DNA of 64,000 nt, taken from NCBI GenBank assembly GCA_964547905.1, contig CAZJPN010000089.1, forward strand, positions 12,909 through 76,908, read 5' to 3'. Position 1 is the first letter of the stretch. Each line of letters starts with the position of its first letter. Under the pieces are notes generated by a model. That model did no database searches, was not told the DNA's origin, and worked only from the letters and a program-made list of their open reading frames with translations. The stretch is from an uncultured Pseudomonadota bacterium (lineage in GTDB: Bacteria; JAMCPX01). Both the position numbers and the translations under genes were made by a program. This document shows, piece after piece, positions 60,068 to 64,000 of this stretch.

Positions 60068-62065
60068 CTATAATAAAACAAATGAGAGTAATATGGCTAT
60101 CCCCAGAATGGCGAATATAAGATAGTTTTGCACAAGACCTGTTTGAAGCTTCCTGAGTACACCGCCTGCAGACACAACACCATCACCTACTGCATTGACA
60201 GCACCATCGACAACAATTCGGTCGAATGCACCGTCAAAATCCGAAAGCTTTCTACCGAGTTTCGCCGCGCCATTCACAGCACCATCTATAATACCCGAAT
60301 CAAACAATGACAGCATATCTTTTAGCTTCATAACGCCGCCCACAACATACTTTAAATAAAATTCATCCACATAATACTTGTTCAAAAGCCATGTATAAGC
60401 AGTCTTAAAGCTTTCCGCCAACCTGTCGGGCAGTTCCGTATTAACCGCATAGAAATAATATGCAACACCTATACCTAAAAAAGCTGCCAACACCGATATA
60501 CCCATCAGGATCCACTCCAGCGATAAAGAACCAGCCGGCATTTTAAAACCGGATACAAATACCGGTTCAAGAAATTGGGCGAACACATTATGCACGCCGA
60601 AAACCTCGGGCATACCAATGTATCCTCCAACTGCGGACAGCACCGCAAGGATAAGAAGCGGTATGGTCATGGTCTTCGGTGATTCGTGTATATGTTCTGC
60701 TGTATGATGATCCATTCTCGGTTTGCCGTAGAAGGTGAGCATCACAAGTCTTGTCATATAAAATGCCGTTAGTACAGCACCCAATACTCCCAGCAGCCAG
60801 ATAAATTTACCGCCGTACGGGCTTACATAGGCATTATATAGGATATCATCCTTGCTGAAAAATCCTGCAAATCCTGGCACGCCGGTTATTGCAAGGGTAG
60901 CAATGAGGAAAGTCGCCGTGGTTATAGGCAACTTCTTGGCAAGCCCGCCCATCTTTCTTATATCCTGCTCTCCTGACATGGCATGTATAACGCTGCCGGA
61001 ACCAAGGAACAACAGGGCCTTAAAAAAGGCATGCGTCATAAGATGAAAAATACCGGCGCTGAATGCACCGACACCGACCCCTATGAACATATATCCAAGC
61101 TGGCTTACCGTTGAATACGCAAGGACCTTCTTTATGTCATTCTGAACAAGTCCGATTGTTGCCGCAAAAAATGCCGTTAAAGCACCGACGATTGCAATTA
61201 CCTTTAATGCATCGGGCGCGAGAACATAGAGAAAATTCATCCTTGCAACCATGTAAACACCCGCAGTTACCATGGTAGCGGCATGTATCAAGGCACTGAC
61301 CGGGGTTGGACCGGCCATTGCATCGGGCAGCCAAATATAGAGAGGTATCTGTGCGGACTTGCCGGTAGCGCCGACAAACAGCATGATGCCGACTGTTGTC
61401 AGTATTGCCGTCGGGACAAGGCTTATGTTGGATTTTATAACACCGAAATCAAGCGACCATGTTCCCGTCTTCATGCCGATTGTGGTAAAGAGGAGCAAAA
61501 ATCCTACGATGAAACCAAAATCTCCGATCCTGTTCACCACGAATGCCTTCATACCTGCCCTTGCGTTTTCGATCTTCTCAAACCAGAATCCTATAAGCAG
61601 GTAAGAGCAAAGTCCAACACCCTCCCATCCCACAAACATCAAAAGTATACTGTTTGAAAGCACAAGCAAAAGCATTGCAAATGCAAACAGGTTCAAAAAC
61701 CCAAAGTATCTTGAGTATCCTTTATCTCCGTGCATGTAGCCCACAGAATAAAGGTGTATGACGGAACTTACACCGCTCACAACTAAGATCATAACCGTGG
61801 ACAGTGGATCAACAAGGAAGGACAGGTTTACATTGAATCCTCCGAGTCCTATCCACGTATAAACCACATCAACGAATTGCCTCTGATCAACGGGCAATGC
61901 AATAAGATGAAAGTACGTGATGATAGAAAGTACAAAGGACAGAGAAATCGAGCCGACCGCAATGGCATTTACAGCAGCATGTGGTAATTTTTTTCCGATC
62001 AAAAGGTTTGTTGCCGCACCGATCAACGGCAGTAAAGGAATCAACCAGATATAATGTTCAATCAT
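60068..62065 (-). CDS. nuoL: NADH-quinone oxidoreductase subunit L
   Basis: 665 aa, NuoL/ND5-like with a C-terminal long-helix extension. Confidence 0.85.
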   Translation of the reverse strand: MIEHYIWLIPLLPLIGAATNLLIGKKLPHAAVNAIAVGSISLSFVLSIITYFHLIALPVDQRQFVDVVYTWIGLGGFNVNLSFLVDPLSTVMILVVSGVSSVIHLYSVGYMHGDKGYSRYFGFLNLFAFAMLLLVLSNSILLMFVGWEGVGLCSYLLIGFWFEKIENARAGMKAFVVNRIGDFGFIVGFLLLFTTIGMKTGTWSLDFGVIKSNISLVPTAILTTVGIMLFVGATGKSAQIPLYIWLPDAMAGPTPVSALIHAATMVTAGVYMVARMNFLYVLAPDALKVIAIVGALTAFFAATIGLVQNDIKKVLAYSTVSQLGYMFIGVGVGAFSAGIFHLMTHAFFKALLFLGSGSVIHAMSGEQDIRKMGGLAKKLPITTATFLIATLAITGVPGFAGFFSKDDILYNAYVSPYGGKFIWLLGVLGAVLTAFYMTRLVMLTFYGKPRMDHHTAEHIHESPKTMTIPLLILAVLSAVGGYIGMPEVFGVHNVFAQFLEPVFVSGFKMPAGSLSLEWILMGISVLAAFLGIGVAYYFYAVNTELPDRLAESFKTAYTWLLNKYYVDEFYLKYVVGGVMKLKDMLSLFDSGIIDGAVNGAAKLGRKLSDFDGAFDRIVVDGAVNAVGDGVVSAGGVLRKLQTGLVQNYLIFAILGIAILLSFVLL

Positions 62066-62138
62066 ATCCCGGTTCTCCGGATATTCTCTTTTATTATCAA
62101 AAATACGTCGTATTTAATTTCTTTTATGCACATAATTT

Positions 62139-62456
62139 CTATCCTTTCAGTGTATCCTCTTTATCGAGGTCTATGGTCCTGGTTGTTTTGTATATCGATA
62201 TTACAATCGCAAGGGCTACAGCCACCTCTGCCGCGGCAATCACGATTGAGAATAAAGCAAATATCTGACCATTTAAGCCTGTATCTATAAATTTTGAAAA
62301 TGCAACAAGGTTTATATTTGCGGCATTCAGCATAAGCTCGACTCCCATTAACACGGCAATAGCGTTTTTCCTTGTCAGAACACCAAAAACGCCTATAGAA
62401 AATAATAACCCAGACAATATAAGATAATCCGATAGTGTTATATAAGAAACTATCAT
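62139..62456 (-). CDS. nuoK: NADH-quinone oxidoreductase subunit K
   Basis: 105 aa, 3 TM, LMGVELMLNAAN. Confidence 0.85.
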   Translation of the reverse strand: MIVSYITLSDYLILSGLLFSIGVFGVLTRKNAIAVLMGVELMLNAANINLVAFSKFIDTGLNGQIFALFSIVIAAAEVAVALAIVISIYKTTRTIDLDKEDTLKG

Positions 62457-63032
62457 TTAATTTTCCTTCCTTCTCTCTCCTGCCTGTTTTTCGCTTTCCT
62501 GTACACTATTACCTGCTTCCTTATTTCCCCTGACCTCTGATCGTATCAGATAAGCTGCACCAATCATTGCAAGGACGAGCAGTACCGAAGCAAGTTCAAA
62601 CGGCAGTAGATAATTTGTCAGCAATTGCATGCCTATTGGCTTGGTTGTGGGTATATTAGTCTTATACCCGATAAATAACCACGGCACCTGTTTGATCGAA
62701 TAGTATATTACCGTAAAAGTGATTATAGCACTCAAAGTACCCATTACAACCGTGCCGAGCTTATTAAAGATATCCAGACTGTAAGCATTATGCGTCAGCA
62801 TAACTCCAAACACGATAAGTATCAAAACACCGCCTATATAGATAAGCACCTGTGTTACACCTACGAAATCAGCTCCCAGCAGTATGTATATGCCCGCAAC
62901 ACCAAACAGTGTAAAAAACAATGCAAATGCAGACCTCACGATGTTCCTGAGAAGAACAACAAGCAACGCAGAACCTATTATTAAAGCTGCGAAGATATAA
63001 AAAAATACCGCCTGCACCGTGTAGGACTCCAT
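62457..63032 (-). CDS. nuoJ: NADH-quinone oxidoreductase subunit J
   Basis: 191 aa, NuoJ/ND6-like. Abuts nuoK. Confidence 0.8.
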   Translation of the reverse strand: MESYTVQAVFFYIFAALIIGSALLVVLLRNIVRSAFALFFTLFGVAGIYILLGADFVGVTQVLIYIGGVLILIVFGVMLTHNAYSLDIFNKLGTVVMGTLSAIITFTVIYYSIKQVPWLFIGYKTNIPTTKPIGMQLLTNYLLPFELASVLLVLAMIGAAYLIRSEVRGNKEAGNSVQESEKQAGERRKEN

Positions 63033-63034
63033 AT

Positions 63035-63532
63035 TTATTTCACCATACCTTCTTTCTTATCTTCGGCTTCCTTATCTTCGGCTTTTTTCTCTTCAGGCTT
63101 ATTTTCTTGAGATTTTAATTCTCCAAGTCCGAAGTGTGAAATCAATTCATCTTTTGTGTAAGCCGAAAATTCATACTTTCTTTCGAAGTAAAGACAATTA
63201 TCAACCGGACAGGCCTCCACGCAAAGACCGCAGTATATACACCGTGCATTGTCTATATCAAAGAGAATAGGTCTCAGCTTCTTATTTTCATCCCTTACTG
63301 TTTTTAACGTTATTGCATCAACCGGGCATATACGTGCACAGGCAGTGCATCCTGTACATATATTGATATCAACAAACAGCTTTCCCCGAAACCTCTCCGG
63401 CGGCTCCCTTTTAACCTCGGGGTACTGCTGGGTAACCTCGGTCTTTGAATTTATGCCGTACTTGATTGTGACACCCATACCGGTAAGAATGGACCTTATA
63501 GAATCAAACATTTTTTTAAAATATCCTGCCAT
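63035..63532 (-). CDS. nuoI: NADH-quinone oxidoreductase subunit I (2x[4Fe-4S] ferredoxin)
   Basis: Two CxxCxxCxxxCP motifs. Start at MAGYFKK, which has a GGAG-type RBS; the ORF-track N-terminal extension is unlikely. Confidence 0.85.
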   Translation of the reverse strand: MAGYFKKMFDSIRSILTGMGVTIKYGINSKTEVTQQYPEVKREPPERFRGKLFVDINICTGCTACARICPVDAITLKTVRDENKKLRPILFDIDNARCIYCGLCVEACPVDNCLYFERKYEFSAYTKDELISHFGLGELKSQENKPEEKKAEDKEAEDKKEGMVK

Positions 63533-63542
63533 TAATTCTCCA

Positions 63543-64000
63543 TCAGTGAACAAAGAATCCTGCAACAATGTCATAAACACCCCGGCCATGCAGCAGCAAT
63601 ACCCATACACTGGCGCCTATAAGATTAAAGAACGCAATCGGTGTAAGGTATTTCCAGCATAAATCCATAAGCTGATCAACACGCAATCGAGGCAATGTCC
63701 ACCTGATCCACATCATAATATAGATAAGTAAAAAGATCTTTGCAAAAAACACGCCCACCTGAAGTACTTCCCTCAACCACACAGGCATTGCAATACCGCC
63801 GATAAATGGTATCTGCCAGCCTCCGAGAAAAAGGGTTACAGCTATAGCACTGACAACAAACATATCACCGTATTCAGCCATAAAGAAGAACGCAAAACGC
63901 ATACCCGTATACTCGGTATGATAACCTGCTACAATCTCCGATTCTGCCTCCGGTATATCAAACGGCGTTCTGTTTACCTCTGCTATGGCCCCTATGAAAT
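63543..64000 (-). CDS. nuoH: NADH-quinone oxidoreductase subunit H, 5' part beyond the window end
   Basis: The C-terminal NuoH/ND1 sequence is readable and the ORF runs to the window edge. Confidence 0.75.
   Translation of the reverse strand, partial: FIGAIAEVNRTPFDIPEAESEIVAGYHTEYTGMRFAFFFMAEYGDMFVVSAIAVTLFLGGWQIPFIGGIAMPVWLREVLQVGVFFAKIFLLIYIMMWIRWTLPRLRVDQLMDLCWKYLTPIAFFNLIGASVWVLLLHGRGVYDIVAGFFVH

Overview
This window is an AT-rich (~38% GC) chromosomal segment from a diderm (Gram-negative-type) bacterium. Markers for that are BamD, a FadL porin, LPS heptose genes, DegP and cytochrome c biogenesis system II. Coding density is high and nearly all ORFs belong to recognisable families. Content in order: a partial class II aldolase; panDCB (minus strand); a lipoprotein / small membrane protein / 1813-aa TPR giant / GT9 heptosyltransferase / heptose-7-P kinase operon; a PAS-Fis regulator divergent from two crotonases; pstCAB-phoU with no pstS, translationally coupled to bamD; a DEAD-box helicase; a SWIM-SNF2 helicase; a tandem HAD phosphatase with ccsBA; a long minus-strand fatty-acid beta-oxidation cluster (hbd, fadD, fadL, PAP2, thiolase, fadN-type dehydrogenase/hydratase); an ExeA/MshM-like ATPase plus an acidic-linker TPR protein; aspC, coaD, rsmD, degP; a DUF1844 / DUF4340 / GldG / ABC-2 cluster; htpX-clpA; and nuoHIJKLMN (nuoH truncated at the window end). 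I saw no rRNA, tRNA, CRISPR array, transposase or integrase. The most anomalous feature is a ~6 kb GC-rich block (~50-60% GC) inserted between htpX and the nuo operon. It carries a DHA2 MFS transporter, an AGPS-like FAD oxidase, an RlmL-like THUMP methyltransferase and a quinone oxidoreductase, which suggests horizontal acquisition or an assembly chimera. Other candidates for novelty are the orphan MshM/MshN-like ATPase+TPR pair, the giant TPR protein with an unassigned C-terminal domain coupled to LPS heptose enzymes, a gene-less promoter plus terminator mini transcription unit, and several compact regulatory hairpins and palindromes. All calls rest on reading the supplied translations and sequence by eye; no database search was run.
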